Shown here in pieces: positions 13,901 through 29,400 of a DNA stretch of 64,000 bases (the first letter of the stretch is position 1; each line of letters opens with the position of its first letter). Where the stretch lies: positions 43,462,001-43,526,000 of the forward strand of contig OZ024755.1 in the NCBI GenBank assembly GCA_964016885.1. The letters are read 5' to 3'. The notes beneath the pieces are model-generated. The model ran no database searches. It worked only from the letters and a program-made list of their open reading frames with translations, and was not told the DNA's origin. The stretch is from Eledone cirrhosa (lineage: Eukaryota). The position numbers and the translations under genes were made by a program.

Positions 13901-16900
13901 ATTAGAAAGAGTCCCTAATCTTTGCATACTCACACTATTAGAAAGAGTTCCTAATCTTTCCATACTCACACTATTACAAAGAGTTCCCAATCTTTGCCTA
14001 CTCACACTTTTAGAAAGAGTTCCCTATCTTTTCCTACTAACACTATTAGAAAGAGTTCCTAATCTTTGCCTACTAACACTATTAGAAAGAGTTCCTAATC
14101 TTTGCCTACTAACACTATTAGAAAGAGTTCCTAATCTTTGCATACTCACACTATTAGAAAGAGTTCCTAATCTTTGCATACTCACACTATTACAAAGAGA
14201 TCCCAATCTTTGCCTACTCACACTATTAGAAAGAGTTCCTCATCTTTGCATACTCACACTATTAGAAAGAGTTCCTAATCTTTGCCTACTAACACTATTA
14301 GAAAGAGTTCCTAATCTTTGCATACTCACACAATTAGAGAGAGTTCCTAATCTTTGCATACTCACACTATTAGAAAGAGTTCTTAATATTTGCATACTCA
14401 CACTATTAGAAAGAGTCCGTAATCTTTGCATACTCACACTATTAGAAAGAATTCCTAATAATTGCATACTCACACTATTAGAAAGAGTTCCTAATCTTTG
14501 CATACTCACACTATTAGAAAGATTTCCCAATCTTTGCCTACTCACACTATTAGAAAGAGTTCCTAATCTTTGCATACTCACACTATTACAAAGAGTTCCT
14601 AATATTTGCATACTCACGCTATTAGAAAGAGTTCCTAATCTTTTCCTACTAACACTTTTAGAAAGAGTTCCTTATCTTTTCCTACTAACACTATTAGAAA
14701 TAGTTCCCAATCTTCGCCTACTAACACTATTAGAAAGAGTTCATAATCTTTGCTTACTCACACTATTCGAAAGATTTCCCAATCTTTGCCTACTCACACT
14801 ATTAGAAAGAGTTCCTAATCTTTGCATACTCACACTATTAGAAAGAGTTCCTAATATTTGCATACTCACGCTATTAGAAAGAGTTCCTAATCTTTTCCTA
14901 CTAACACTTTTAGAAAGAGTTCCCTATCTTTTCCTACTAACACTATTAGAAATAGTTCCCAATCTTCGCCTACTAACACTATTAGAAAGAGTTCATAATC
15001 TTTGCTTACTCACACTATTAGAAAGAGTTCCTACTCTTTGCATACTAACACTATTAGAAAGAGTTCCTAATATTTTCATACTCACACTATTAGAAAGAGT
15101 TCCCAATCTTTGCATACTCACACTATTAGAAAGAGTTCCTAATCTTTGCAAACTCACACTATTAGAAAGAGTTCCTAATCTAATCTTTGCCTACACACAC
15201 TATTAGAAAGAGTTCCTAATTTTTGGATACTCACACTATGAGAAAGAGTTCCTAATCTTTGCATACTCACACTATTACAAAGAGTTCCCAATCTTTGCCT
15301 ACTAACACTATTAGAAAGAGTTCCTAATCTTTGCATACTCACACAATTGGAAAGAGTTCCTAATCTTTGCATACTCACACTATTAGAAAGAGTTCTTAAT
15401 ATTTGCATACTCACACTATTAGAAAGACCGTAATCTTTGCATACTCACACTATTAGAAAGAATTCCTAATAATTGCATACTCACACTATTAGAAAGAGTT
15501 CCTAATCTTTGCATACTCACACTATTAGAAAGATTTCCCAATCTTTGCCTACTCACACTATTAGAAAGAGTTCCTAATCTTTGCATACTCACACTATTAG
15601 AAAGAGTTCCTAATATTTGCATACTCACACTATTAGAAAGAGTTCCTCATCTTTGCATACTCACACTATTAGAAAGAGTTCCTAATCTTTGCCTACTAAC
15701 ACTATTAGAAAGAGTTCCTAATCTTTGCATACTCACACAATTGGAGAGAGTTCCTAATCTTTGCATACTCACACTATTAGAAAGAGTTCTTAATATTTGC
15801 ATACTCACACTATTAGAAAGAGTCCGTAATCTTTGCATACTCACACTATTAGAAAGAGTCCGTAATCTTTGCATACTCACACTATTAGAAAGAGTTCCTA
15901 ATATTTGCATACTCACGCTATTAGAAAGAGTTCCTAATCTTTTCCTACTAACACTATTAGAAATAGTTCCCAATCTTCGCATACTAACACTATTAGAAAG
16001 AGTTCATAATCTTTGCTTACTCACACTATTAGAAAGAGTTCCTACTCTTTGCATACTAACACTATTAGAAAGAGTTCCTAATATTTGCATACTCACACTA
16101 TTAGAAAGAGTTCCCAATCTTTGCATACTCACACTATTAGAAAGAGTTCCTAATCTTTGCAAACTCACACTATTAGAAAGAGTTCCTAATCTAATCTTTG
16201 CCTACACACACTATTAAAAAGAGTTCCTAATTTTTGGATACTCACACTATGTGAAAGAGTTCCTAATCTTTGCATACTCACACTATTACAAAGAGTTCCC
16301 AATCTTTGCCTACTAACACTATTAGAAAGAGTTCCTAATCTTTGCATACTCACACAATTGGAAAGAGTTCCTAATCTTTGCATACTCACACTATTAGAAA
16401 GAGTTCTTAATATTTGCATACTCACACTATTAGAAAGACCGTAATCTTTGCATACTCACACTATTAGAAAGAATTCCTAATAATTGCATACTCACACTAT
16501 TAGAAAGAGTTCCTAATCTTTGCATACTCACACTATTAGAAAGATTTCCCAATCTTTGCCTACTCACACTATTAGAAAGAGTTCCCAATCTTCGCCTACT
16601 AACACTATTAGAAAGAGTTCATAAACTTTGCTTACTCACACTATTAGAAAGAGTTCCTACTCTTTGCATACTAACACTATTAGAAAGAGTTCCTAATATT
16701 TGCATACTCACACTATTAGAAAGAGTTCCCAATCTTTGCATACTCACACTATTAGAAAGAGTTCCTAATCTTTGCAAACTAACACTATTAGAAAGAGTTC
16801 CTAATCTAATCTTTGTCTACACACACTATTAGAAAGAGTTCCTAATTTTTGGATACTCACACTACGAGAAAGAGTTCCTAATCTTTGCATACTCACACTA

Positions 16901-19900
16901 TTACAAAGAGTTCCCAATCTTTGCCTACTCACACTATTAGAAAGAGTTCCTAATCTTTGCCTACTAACACTATTAGAAAGAGTCCCTAATCTTTGCATAC
17001 TCACACTATTAGAAAGAGTTCCCAATCTTCGCCTACTAACACTATTAGAAAGAGTTCCTAATCTTTGCATACTCACACTATTAGAAAGAATTCCTAATAA
17101 TTGCATACTCACACTATTAGAAAGAGTTCCTAATCTTTGCATACTCACACTATTAGAAAGATTTCCCAATCTTTGCCTACTCACACTATTAGAAAGAGTT
17201 CCTAATCTTTGCATACTCACACTATTAGAAAGAGTTCCTAATATTTGCATACTCACGCTATTAGAAAGAGTTCCTAATCTTTTCCTACTAACACTTTTAG
17301 AAAGAGTTCCCTATCTTTTCCTACTAACACTATTAGAAATAGTTCCCAATCTTCGCCTACTAACACTATTAGAAAGAGTTCATAATCTTTGCTTACTCAC
17401 ACTATTAGAAAGAGCTCCTACTCTTTGCATACTAACACTATTAGAAAGAGTTCCTAATATTTTCATACTCACACTATTAGAAAGAGTTCCCAATCTTTGC
17501 ATACTCACACTATTAGAAAGAGTTCCTAATCTTTGCAAACTCACACTATTAGAAAGAGTTCCTAATCTAATCTTTGCCTACACACACTATTAGAAAGAGT
17601 TCCTAATTTTTGGATACTCACACTATGAGAAAGAGTTCCTAATCTTTGCATACTCACACTATTACAAAGAGTTCCCAATCTTTGCCTACTAACACTATTA
17701 GAAAGAGTTCCTAATCTTTGCATACTCACACAATTGGAAAGAGTTCCTAATCTTTGCATACTCACACTATTAGAAAGAGTTCTTAATATTTGCATACTCA
17801 CACTATTAGAAAGACCGTAATCTTTGCATACTCACACTATTAGAAAGAATTCCTAATAATTGCATACTCACACTATTAGAAAGAGTTCCTAATCTTTGCA
17901 TACTCACACTATTAGAAAGATTTCCCAATCTTTGCCTACTCACACTATTAGAAAGAGTTCCTAATCTTTGCATACTCACACTATTAGAAAGAGTTCCTAA
18001 TATTTGCATACTCACACTATTAGAAAGAGTTCCTCATCTTTGCATACTCACACTATTAGAAAGAGTTCCTAATCTTTGCCTACTAACACTATTAGAAAGA
18101 GTTCCTAATCTTTGCATACTCACACAATTGGAGAGAGTTCCTAATCTTTGCATACTCACACTATTAGAAAGAGTTCCTAATAATTGCATACTCACACTAT
18201 TAGAAAGAGTTCCTAATCTTTGCATACTCACACTATTAGAAAGATTTCCCAATCTTTGCCTACTCACACTATTAGAAAGAGTTCCTAATCTTTGCATACT
18301 CACACTATTAGAAAGAGTTCCTAATATTTGCATACTCACGCTATTAGAAAGAGTTCCTAATCTTTTCCTACTAACACTTTTAGAAAGAGTTCCCTATCTT
18401 TTCCTACTAACACTATTAGAAATAGTTCCCAATCTTCGCCTACTAACACTATTAGAAAGAGTTCATAATCTTTGCTTACTCACACTATTAGAAAGAGCTC
18501 CTACTCTTTGCATACTAACACTATTAGAAAGAGTTCCTAATATTTTCATACTCACACTATTAGAAAGAGTTCCCAATCTTTGCATACTCACACTATTAGA
18601 AAGAGTTCCTAATCTTTGCAAACTCACACTATTAGAAAGAGTTCCTAATCTAATCTTTGCCTACACACACTATTAGAAAGAGTTCCTAATTTTTATGATA
18701 CTCACACTATGAGAAAGAGTTCCTAATCTTTGCATACTCACACTATTACAAAGAGTTCCCAATCTTTGCCTACTAACACTATTAGAAAGAGTTCCTAATC
18801 TTTGCATACTCACACAATTGGAAAGAGTTCCTAATCTTTGCATACTCACACTATTAGAAAGAGTTCTTAATATTTGCATACTCACACTATTAGAAAGACC
18901 GTAATCTTTGCATACTCACACTATTAGAAAGAATTCCTAATAATTGCATACTCACACTATTAGAAAGAGTTCCTAATCTTTGCATACTCACACTATTAGA
19001 AAGATTTCCCAATCTTTGCCTACTCACACTATTAGAAAGAGTTCCTAATCTTTGCATACTCACACTATTAGAAAGAGTTCCTAATATTTGCATACTCACA
19101 CTATTAGAAAGAGTTCCTCATCTTTGCATACTCACACTATTAGAAAGAGTTCCTAATCTTTGCCTACTAACACTATTAGAAAGAGTTCCTAATCTTTGCA
19201 TACTCACACAATTGGAGAGAGTTCCTAATCTTTGCATACTCACACTATTAGAAAGAGTTCTTAATATTTGCATACTCACACTATTAGAAAGAGTCCGTAA
19301 TCTTTGCATACTCACACTATTAGAAAGAGTCCGTAATCTTTGCATACTCACACTATTAGAAAGAGTTCCTAATATTTGCATACTCACGCTATTAGAAAGA
19401 GTTCCTAATCTTTTCCTACTAACACTTTTAGAAAGAGTTCCCTATCTTTTCCTACTAACACTATTAGAAATAGTTCCCAATCTTCGCCTACTAACACTAT
19501 TAGAAAGAGTTCATAATCTTTGCTTACTCACACTATTAGAAAGAGTTCCTACTCTTTGCATACTAACACTATTAGAAAGAGTTCCTAATATTTGCATACT
19601 CACACTATTAGAAAGAGTTCCCAATCTTTGCATACTCACACTATTAGAAAGAGTTCCTAATCTTTGCAAACTCACACTATTAGAAAGCGTTCCTAATCTA
19701 ATCTTTGCCTACACACACTATTAGAAAGAGTTCCTAATTTTTGGATACTCACACTATGAGAAAGAGTTCCTAATCTTTGCATACTCACACTATTACAAAG
19801 AGTTCCCAATCTTTGCCTACTAACACTATTAGAAAGAGTTCCTAATCTTTGCATACTCACACAATTGGAAAGAGTTCCTAATCTTTGCATACTCACACTA

Positions 19901-20698
19901 TTAGAAAGAGTTCTTAATATTTGCATACTCACACTATTAGAAAGACCGTAATCTTTGCATACTCACACTATTAGAAAGAATTCCTAATAATTGCATACTC
20001 ACACTATTAGAAAGAGTTCCTAATCTTTGCATACTCACACTATTAGAAAGATTTCCCAATCTTTGCCTACTCACACTATTAGAAAGAGTTCCCAATCTTC
20101 GCCTACTAACACTATTAGAAAGAGTTCATAATCTTTGCTTACTCACACTATTAGAAAGAGTTCCTACTCTTTGCATACTAACACTATTAGAAAGAGTTCC
20201 TAATATTTGCATACTCACACTATTAGAAAGAGTTCCCAATCTTTGCATACTCACACTATTAGAAAGAGTTCCTAATCTTTGCAAACTCACACTATTAGAA
20301 AGAGTTCCTAGTCTAATCTTTGCCTACACACACTATTAGAAAGAGTTCCTAATTTTTGGATACTCACACTACGAGAAAGAGTTCCTAATCTTTGCATACT
20401 CACACTATTACAAAGAGTTCCCAATCTTTGCCTACTCACACTATTAGAAAGAGTTCCTAATCTTTGCCTACTAACACTATTAGAAAGAGTCCCTAATCTT
20501 TGCATACTCACACTATTAGAAAGAGTTCCCAATCTTTCCATACTCACACTATTACAAAGAGTTCCCAATCTTTGCCTACTCACACTTTTAGAAAGAGTTC
20601 CCTATCTTTTCCTACTAACACTATTAGAAAGAGTTCCTAATCTTTGCCTACTAACACTATTAGAAAGAGTTCATAATCTTTGCTTACTCACACTATTC

Positions 20699-23600
20699 GA
20701 AAGAGTTCCTACTCTTTGCATACTAACACTATTAGAAAGAGTTCCTAATATTTGCATACTCACACTATTAGAAAGAGTTCCCAATCTTTGCATACTCACA
20801 CTATTAGAAAGAGTTCTTAATATTTGCATACTCACACTATTAGAAAGAGTCCGTAATCTTTGCATACTCACACTATTAGAAAGAATTCCTAATAATTGCA
20901 TACTCACACTATTAGAAAGAGTTCCTAATCTTTGCATACTCACACTATTAGAAAGATTTCCCAATCTTTGCCTACTCACACTATTAGAAAGAGTTCCTAA
21001 TCTTTGCATACTCACACTATTAGAAAGAGTTCCTAATATTTGCATACTCACGCTATTAGAAAGAGTTCCTAATCTTTTCCTACTAACACTTTTAGAAAGA
21101 GTTCCCTATCTTTTCCTACTAACACTATTAGAAATAGTTCCCAATCTTCGCCTACTAACAGTATTAGAAAGAGTTCATAATCTTTGCTTACTCACACTAT
21201 TAGAAAGAGTTCCTACTCTTTGCATACTAACACTATTAGAAAGAGTTCCTAATATTTTCATACTCACACTATTAGAAAGAGTTCCCAATCTTTGCATACT
21301 CACACTATTAGAAAGAGTTCCTAATCTTTGCAAACTCACACTATTAGAAAGAGTTCCTAATATTTGCAAACTCACACTATTAGAAAGAGTTCCTAATCTA
21401 ATCTTTGCTTACACACACTATTAGAAAGAGTTCCTAATTTTTGGATACTCACACTACGAGAAAGAGTTCCTAATCTTTGCATACTCACACTATTACAAAG
21501 AGTTCCCAATCTTTGCCTACTCACACTATTAGAAAGAGTTCCTAATCTTTGCCTACTAACACTATTAGAAAGAGTCCCTAATCTTTGCATACTCACACTA
21601 TTAGAAAGAGTTCCTAATCTTTCCATACTCACACTATTACAAAGAGTTCCCAATCTTTGCCTACTCACACTTTTAGAAAGAGTTCCCTATCTTTTCCTAC
21701 TAACACTATTAGAAAGAGTTCCTAATCTTTGCCTACTAACACTATTAGAAAGAGTTCCTAATCTTTGCCTACTAACACTATTAGAAAGAGTTCCTAATCT
21801 TTGCATACTCACACTATTACAAAGAGATCCCAATCTTTGCCTACTCACACTATTAGAAAGAGTTCCTTATCTTTTCATACTAACACTATTAGAAATAGTT
21901 CCCAATCTTCGCCTACTAACACTATTAGAAAGAGTTCATAATCTTTGCTTACTCACACTATTCGAAAGGAGTTCCTACTCTTTGCATACTAACACTATTA
22001 GAAAGAGTTCCTAATATTTGCATACTCACACTATTAGAAAGAGTTCCCAATCTTTGCATACTCACACTATTAGAAAGAGTTCTTAATATTTGCATACTCA
22101 CACTATTAGAAAGAGTCCGTAATCTTTGCATACTCACACTATTAGAAAGAGTCCGTAATCTTTGCATACTCACACTATTAGAAAGAATTCCTAATAATTG
22201 CATACTCACACTATTAGAAAGAGTTCCTAATCTTTGCATACTCACACTATTAGAAAGATTTCCCAATCTTTGCCTACTCACACTATTAGAAAGAGTTCCT
22301 AATCTTTGCATACTCACACTATTAGAAAGAGTTCCTAATATTTGCATACTCACGCTATTAGAAAGAGTTCCTAATCTTTTCCTACTAACACTTTTAGAAA
22401 GAGTTCCCTATCTTTTCCTACTAACACTATTAGAAATAGTTCCCAATCTTCGCCTACTAACACTATTAGAAAGAGTTCATAATCTTTGCTTACTCACACT
22501 ATTAGAAAGAGTTCCTACTCTTTGCATACTAACACTATTAGAAAGAGTTCCTAATATTTTCATACTCACACTATTAGAAAGAGTTCCCAATCTTTGCATA
22601 CTCACACTATTAGAAAGAGTTCCTAATCTTTGCAAACTCACACTATTAGAAAGAGTTCCTAATCTAATCTTTGCCTACACACACTATTAGAAAGAGTTCC
22701 TAATTTTTGGATACTCACACTATGAGAAAGAGTTCCTAATCTTTGCATACTCACACTATTACAAAGAGTTCCCAATCTTTGCCTACTAACACTATTAGAA
22801 AGAGTTCCTAATCTTTGCATACTCACACAATTGGAAAGAGTTCCTAATCTTTGCATACTCACACTATTAGAAAGAGTTCTTAATATTTGCATACTCACAC
22901 TATTAGAAAGACCGTAATCTTTGCATACTCACACTATTAGAAAGAATTCCTAATAATTGCATTCTCACACTATTAGAAAGAGTTCCTAATCTTTGCATAC
23001 TTACACTATTAGAAAGATTTCCCAATCTTTGCCTACTCACACTATTAGAAAGAGTTCCTAATCTTTGCATACTCACACTATTAGAAAGAGTTCCTAATAT
23101 TTGCATACTCACACTATTAGAAAGAGTTCCTCATCTTTGCATACTCACACTATTAGAAAGAGTTCCTAATCTTTGCCTACTAACACTATTAGAAAGAGTT
23201 CCTAATCTTTGCATACTCACACAATTGGAGAGAGTTCCTAATCTTTGCATACTCACACTATTAGAAAGAGTTCTTAATATTTGCATACTCACACTATTAG
23301 AAAGAGTCCGTAATCTTTGCATACTCACACTATTAGAAAGAGTCCGTAATCTTTGCATACTCACACTATTAGAAAGAGTTCCTAATATTTGCATACTCAC
23401 GCTATTAGAAAGAGTTCCTAATCTTTTCCTACTAACACTTTTAGAAAGAGTTCCCTATCTTTTCCTACTAACACTATTAGAAATAGTTCCCAATCTTCGC
23501 CTACTAACACTATTAGAAAGAGTTCATAATCTTTGCTTACTCACACTATTAGAAAGAGTTCCTACTCTTTGCATACTAACACTATTAGAAAGAGTTCCTA

Positions 23601-26486
23601 ATATTTGCATACTCACACTATTAGAAAGAGTTCCCAATCTTTGCATACTCACACTATTAGAAAGAGTTCTTAATATTTGCATACTCACACTATTAGAAAG
23701 AGTCCGTAATCTTTGCATACTCACACTATTAGAAAGAATTCCTAATAATTGCATACTCACACTATTAGAAAGAGTTCCTAATCTTTGCATACTCACACTA
23801 TTAGAAAGATTTCCCAATCTTTGCCTACTCACACTATTAGAAAGAGTTCCTAATCTTTGCATACTCACACTATTAGAAAGAGTTCCTAATATTTGCATAC
23901 TCACGCTATTAGAAAGAGTTCCTAATCTTTTCCTACTAACACTTTTAGAAAGAGTTCCCTATCTTTTCCTACTAACACTATTAGAAATAGTTCCCAATCT
24001 TCGCCTACTAACAGTATTAGAAAGAGTTCATAATCTTTGCTTACTCACACTATTAGAAAGAGTTCCTACTCTTTGCATACTAACACTATTAGAAAGAGTT
24101 CCTAATATTTTCATACTCACACTATTAGAAAGAGTTCCCAATCTTTGCATACTCACACTATTAGAAAGAGTTCCTAATCTTTGCAAACTCACACTATTAG
24201 AAAGAGTTCCTAATATTTGCAAACTCACACTATTAGAAAGAGTTCCTAATCTAATCTTTGCTTACACACACTATTAGAAAGAGTTCCTAATTTTTGGATA
24301 CTCACACTACGAGAAAGAGTTCCTAATCTTTGCATACTCACACTATTACAAAGAGTTCCCAATCTTTGCCTACTCACACTATTAGAAAGAGTTCCTAATC
24401 TTTGCCTACTAACACTATTAGAAAGAGTCCCTAATCTTTGCATACTCACACTATTAGAAAGAGTTCCTAATCTTTCCATACTCACACTATTACAAAGAGT
24501 TCCCAATCTTTGCCTACTCACACTTTTAGAAAGAGTTCCCTATCTTTTCCTACTAACACTATTAGAAAGAGTTCCTAATCTTTGCCTACTAACACTATTA
24601 GAAAGAGTTCCTAATCTTTGCCTACTAACACTATTAGAAAGAGTTCCTAATCTTTGCATACTCACACTATTACAAAGAGATCCCAATCTTTGCCTACTCA
24701 CACTATTAGAAAGAGTTCCTTATCTTTTCATACTAACACTATTAGAAATAGTTCCCAATCTTCGCCTACTAACACTATTAGAAAGAGTTCATAATCTTTG
24801 CTTACTCACACTATTCGAAAGGAGTTCCTACTCTTTGCATACTAACACTATTAGAAAGAGTTCCTAATATTTGCATACTCACACTATTAGAAAGAGTTCC
24901 CAATCTTTGCATACTCACACTATTAGAAAGAGTTCTTAATATTTGCATACTCACACTATTAGAAAGAGTCCGTAATCTTTGCATACTCACACTATTAGAA
25001 AGAATTCCTAATAATTGCATACTCACACTATTAGAAAGAGTTCCTAATCTTTGCATACTCACACTATTAGAAAGATTTCCCAATCTTTGCCTACTCACAC
25101 TATTAGAAAGAGTTCCTAATCTTTGCATACTCACACTATTAGAAAGAGTTCCTAATATTTGCATACTCACGCTATTAGAAAGAGTTCCTAATCTTTTCCT
25201 ACTAACACTTTTAGAAAGAGTTCCCTATCTTTTCCTACTAACACTATTAGAAATAGTTCCCAATCTTCGCCTACTAACACTATTAGAAAGAGTTCATAAT
25301 CTTTGCTTACTCACACTATTAGAAAGAGTTCCTACTCTTTGCATACTAACACTATTAGAAAGAGTTCCTAATATTTTCATACTCACACTATTAGAAAGAG
25401 TTCCCAATCTTTGCATACTCACACTATTAGAAAGAGTTCCTAATCTTTGCAAACTCACACTATTAGAAAGAGTTCCTAATCTAATCTTTGCCTACACACA
25501 CTATTAGAAAGAGTTCCTAATTTTTGGATACTCACACTATGAGAAAGAGTTCCTAATCTTTGCATACTCACACTATTACAAAGAGTTCCCAATCTTTGCC
25601 TACTAACACTATTAGAAAGAGTTCCTAATCTTTGCATACTCACACAATTGGAAAGAGTTCCTAATCTTTGCATACTCACACTATTAGAAAGAGTTCTTAA
25701 TATTTGCATACTCACACTATTAGAAAGACCGTAATCTTTGCATACTCACACTATTAGAAAGAATTCCTAATAATTGCATTCTCACACTATTAGAAAGAGT
25801 TCCTAATCTTTGCATACTTACACTATTAGAAAGATTTCCCAATCTTTGCCTACTCACACTATTAGAAAGAGTTCCTAATCTTTGCATACTCACACTATTA
25901 GAAAGAGTTCCTAATATTTGCATACTCACACTATTAGAAAGAGTTCCTCATCTTTGCATACTCACACTATTAGAAAGAGTTCCTAATCTTTGCCTACTAA
26001 CACTATTAGAAAGAGTTCCTAATCTTTGCATACTCACACAATTGGAGAGAGTTCCTAATCTTTGCATACTCACACTATTAGAAAGAGTTCTTAATATTTG
26101 CATACTCACACTATTAGAAAGAGTCCGTAATCTTTGCATACTCACACTATTAGAAAGAGTCCGTAATCTTTGCATACTCACACTATTAGAAAGAGTTCCT
26201 AATATTTGCATACTCACGCTATTAGAAAGAGTTCCTAATCTTTTCCTACTAACACTTTTAGAAAGAGTTCCCTATCTTTTCCTACTAACACTATTAGAAA
26301 TAGTTCCCAATCTTCGCCTACTAACACTATTAGAAAGAGTTCATAATCTTTGCTTACTCACACTATTAGAAAGAGTTCCTACTCTTTGCATACTAACACT
26401 ATTAGAAAGAGTTCCTAATATTTGCATACTCACACTATTAGAAAGAGTTCCCAATCTTTGCATACTCACACTATTAGAAAGAGTTC
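20699..26486. repeat. Higher-order tandem duplication, about 2853/2817-bp unit
   Basis: Offsets of 2853 (21175/24028, 21393/24246, 21958/24811), then 2817 (22659/25476, 23131/25948). Shared rare variants: AACAGTATT, GAAAGGAGTT (+1 G), GCATTCTC. Confidence 0.88.
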
Positions 26487-29400
26487 CTAATGTTTGCAAA
26501 CTCACACTATTAGAAAGAGTTCCTAATCTAATCTTTGCCTACACACACTATTAGAAAGAGTTCCTAATTTTTGGATACTCACACTATGAGAAAGAGTTCC
26601 TAATCTTTGCATACTCACACTATTACAAAGAGTTCCCAATCTTTGCCTACTAACACTATTAGAAAGAGTTCCTAATCTTTGCATACTCACACAATTGGAA
26701 AGAGTTCCTAATCTTTGCATACTCACACTATTAGAAAGAGTTCTTAATATTTGCATACTCACACTATTAGAAAGACCGTAATCTTTGCATACTCACACTA
26801 TTAGAAAGAATTCCTAATAATTGCATACTCACACTATTAGAAAGAGTTCCTAATCTTTGCATACTCACACTATTAGAAAGATTTCCCAATCTTTGCCTAC
26901 TCACACTATTAGAAAGAGTTCCCAATCTTCGCCTACTAACACTATTAGAAAGAGTTCATAATCTTTGCTTACTCACACTATTAGAAAGAGTTCCTACTCT
27001 TTGCATACTAACACTATTAGAAAGAGTTCCTAATATTTGCATACTCACACTATTAGAAAGAGTTCCCAATCTTTGCATACTCACACTATTAGAAAGAGTT
27101 CCTAATCTTTGCAAACTCACACTATTAGAAAGAGTTCCTAGTCTAATCTTTGCCTACACACACTATTAGAAAGAGTTCCTAATTTTTGGATACTCACACT
27201 ACGAGAAAGAGTTCCTAATCTTTGCATACTCACACTATTACAAAGAGTTCCCAATCTTTGCCTACTCACACTATTAGAAAGAGTTCCTAATCTTTGCCTA
27301 CTAACACTATTAGAAAGAGTCCCTAATCTTTGCATACTCACACTATTAGAAAGAGTTCCCAATCTTTCCATACTCACACTATTACAAAGAGTTCCCAATC
27401 TTTGCCTACTCACACTTTTAGAAAGAGTTCCCTATCTTTTCCTACTAACACTATTAGAAAGAGTTCCTAATCTTTGCCTACTAACACTATTAGAAAGAGT
27501 TCATAATCTTTGCTTACTCACACTATTCGAAAGAGTTCCTACTCTTTGCATACTAACACTATTAGAAAGAGTTCCTAATATTTGCATACTCACACTATTA
27601 GAAAGAGTTCCCAATCTTTGCATACTCACACTATTAGAAAGAGTTCTTAATATTTGCATACTCACACTATTAGAAAGAGTCCGTAATCTTTGCATACTCA
27701 CACTATTAGAAAGAATTCCTAATAATTGCATACTCACACTATTAGAAAGAGTTCCTAATCTTTGCATACTCACACTATTAGAAAGATTTCCCAATCTTTG
27801 CCTACTCACACTATTAGAAAGAGTTCCTAATCTTTGCATACTCACACTATTAGAAAGAGTTCCTAATATTTGCATACTCACGCTATTAGAAAGAGTTCCT
27901 AATCTTTTCCTACTAACACTTTTAGAAAGAGTTCCCTATCTTTTCCTACTAACACTATTAGAAATAGTTCCCAATCTTCGCCTACTAACACTATTAGAAA
28001 GAGTTCATAATCTTTGCTTACTCACACTATTAGAAAGAGTTCCTACTCTTTGCATACTAACACTATTAGAAAGAGTTCCTAATATTTTCATACTCACACT
28101 ATTAGAAAGAGTTCCCAATCTTTGCATACTCACACTATTAGAAAGAGTTCCTAATCTTTGCAAACTCACACTATTAGAAAGAGTTCCTAATCTAATCTTT
28201 GCCTACACACACTATTAGAAAGAGTTCCTAATTTTTGGATACTCACACTATGAGAAAGAGTTCCTAATCTTTGCATACTCACACTATTACAAAGAGTTCC
28301 CAATCTTTGCCTACTAACACTATTAGAAAGAGTTCCTAATCTTTGCATACTCACACAATTGGAAAGAGTTCCTAATCTTTGCATACTCACACTATTAGAA
28401 AGAGTTCTTAATATTTGCATACTCACACTGTTAGAAAGACCGTAATCTTTGCATACTCACACTATTAGAAAGAATTCCTAATAATTGCATACTCACACTA
28501 TTAGAAAGAGTTCCTAATCTTTGCATACTCACACTATTAGAAAGATTTCCCAATCTTTGCCTACTCACACTATTAGAAAGAGTTCCTAATCTTTGCATAC
28601 TCACACTATTAGAAAGAGTTCCTAATATTTGCATACTCACACTATTAGAAAGAGTTCCTCATCTTTGCATACTCACACTATTAGAAAGAGTTCCTAATCT
28701 TTGCCTACTAACACTATTAGAAAGAGTTCCTAATCTTTGCATACTCACACAATTGGAGAGAGTTCCTAATCTTTGCATACTCACACTATTAGAAAGAGTT
28801 CTTAATATTTGCATACTCACACTATTAGAAAGAGTCCGTAATCTTTGCATACTCACACTATTAGAAAGAGTCCGTAATCTTTGCATACTCACACTATTAG
28901 AAAGAGTTCCTAATATTTGCATACTCACGCTATTAGAAAGAGTTCCTAATCTTTTCCTACTAACACTTTTAGAAAGAGTTCCCTATCTTTTCCTACTAAC
29001 ACTATTAGAAATAGTTCCCAATCTTCGCCTACTAACACTATTAGAAAGAGTTCATAATCTTTGCTTACTCACACTATTATAAAGAGTTCCTACTCTTTGC
29101 ATACTAACACTATTAGAAAGAGTTCCTAATATTTGCATACTCACACTATTAGAAAGAGTTCCCAATCTTTGCATACTCACACTATTAGAAAGAGTTCCTA
29201 ATCTTTGCAAACTCACACTATTAGAAAGAGTTCCTAATCTAATCTTTGCCTACACACACTATTAGAAAGAGTTCCTAATTTTTGGATACTCACACTACGA
29301 GAAAGAGTTCCTAATCTTTGCATACTCACACTATTACAAAGAGTTCCCAATCTTTGCCTACTCACACTATTAGAAAGAGTTCCTAATCTTTGCCTACTAA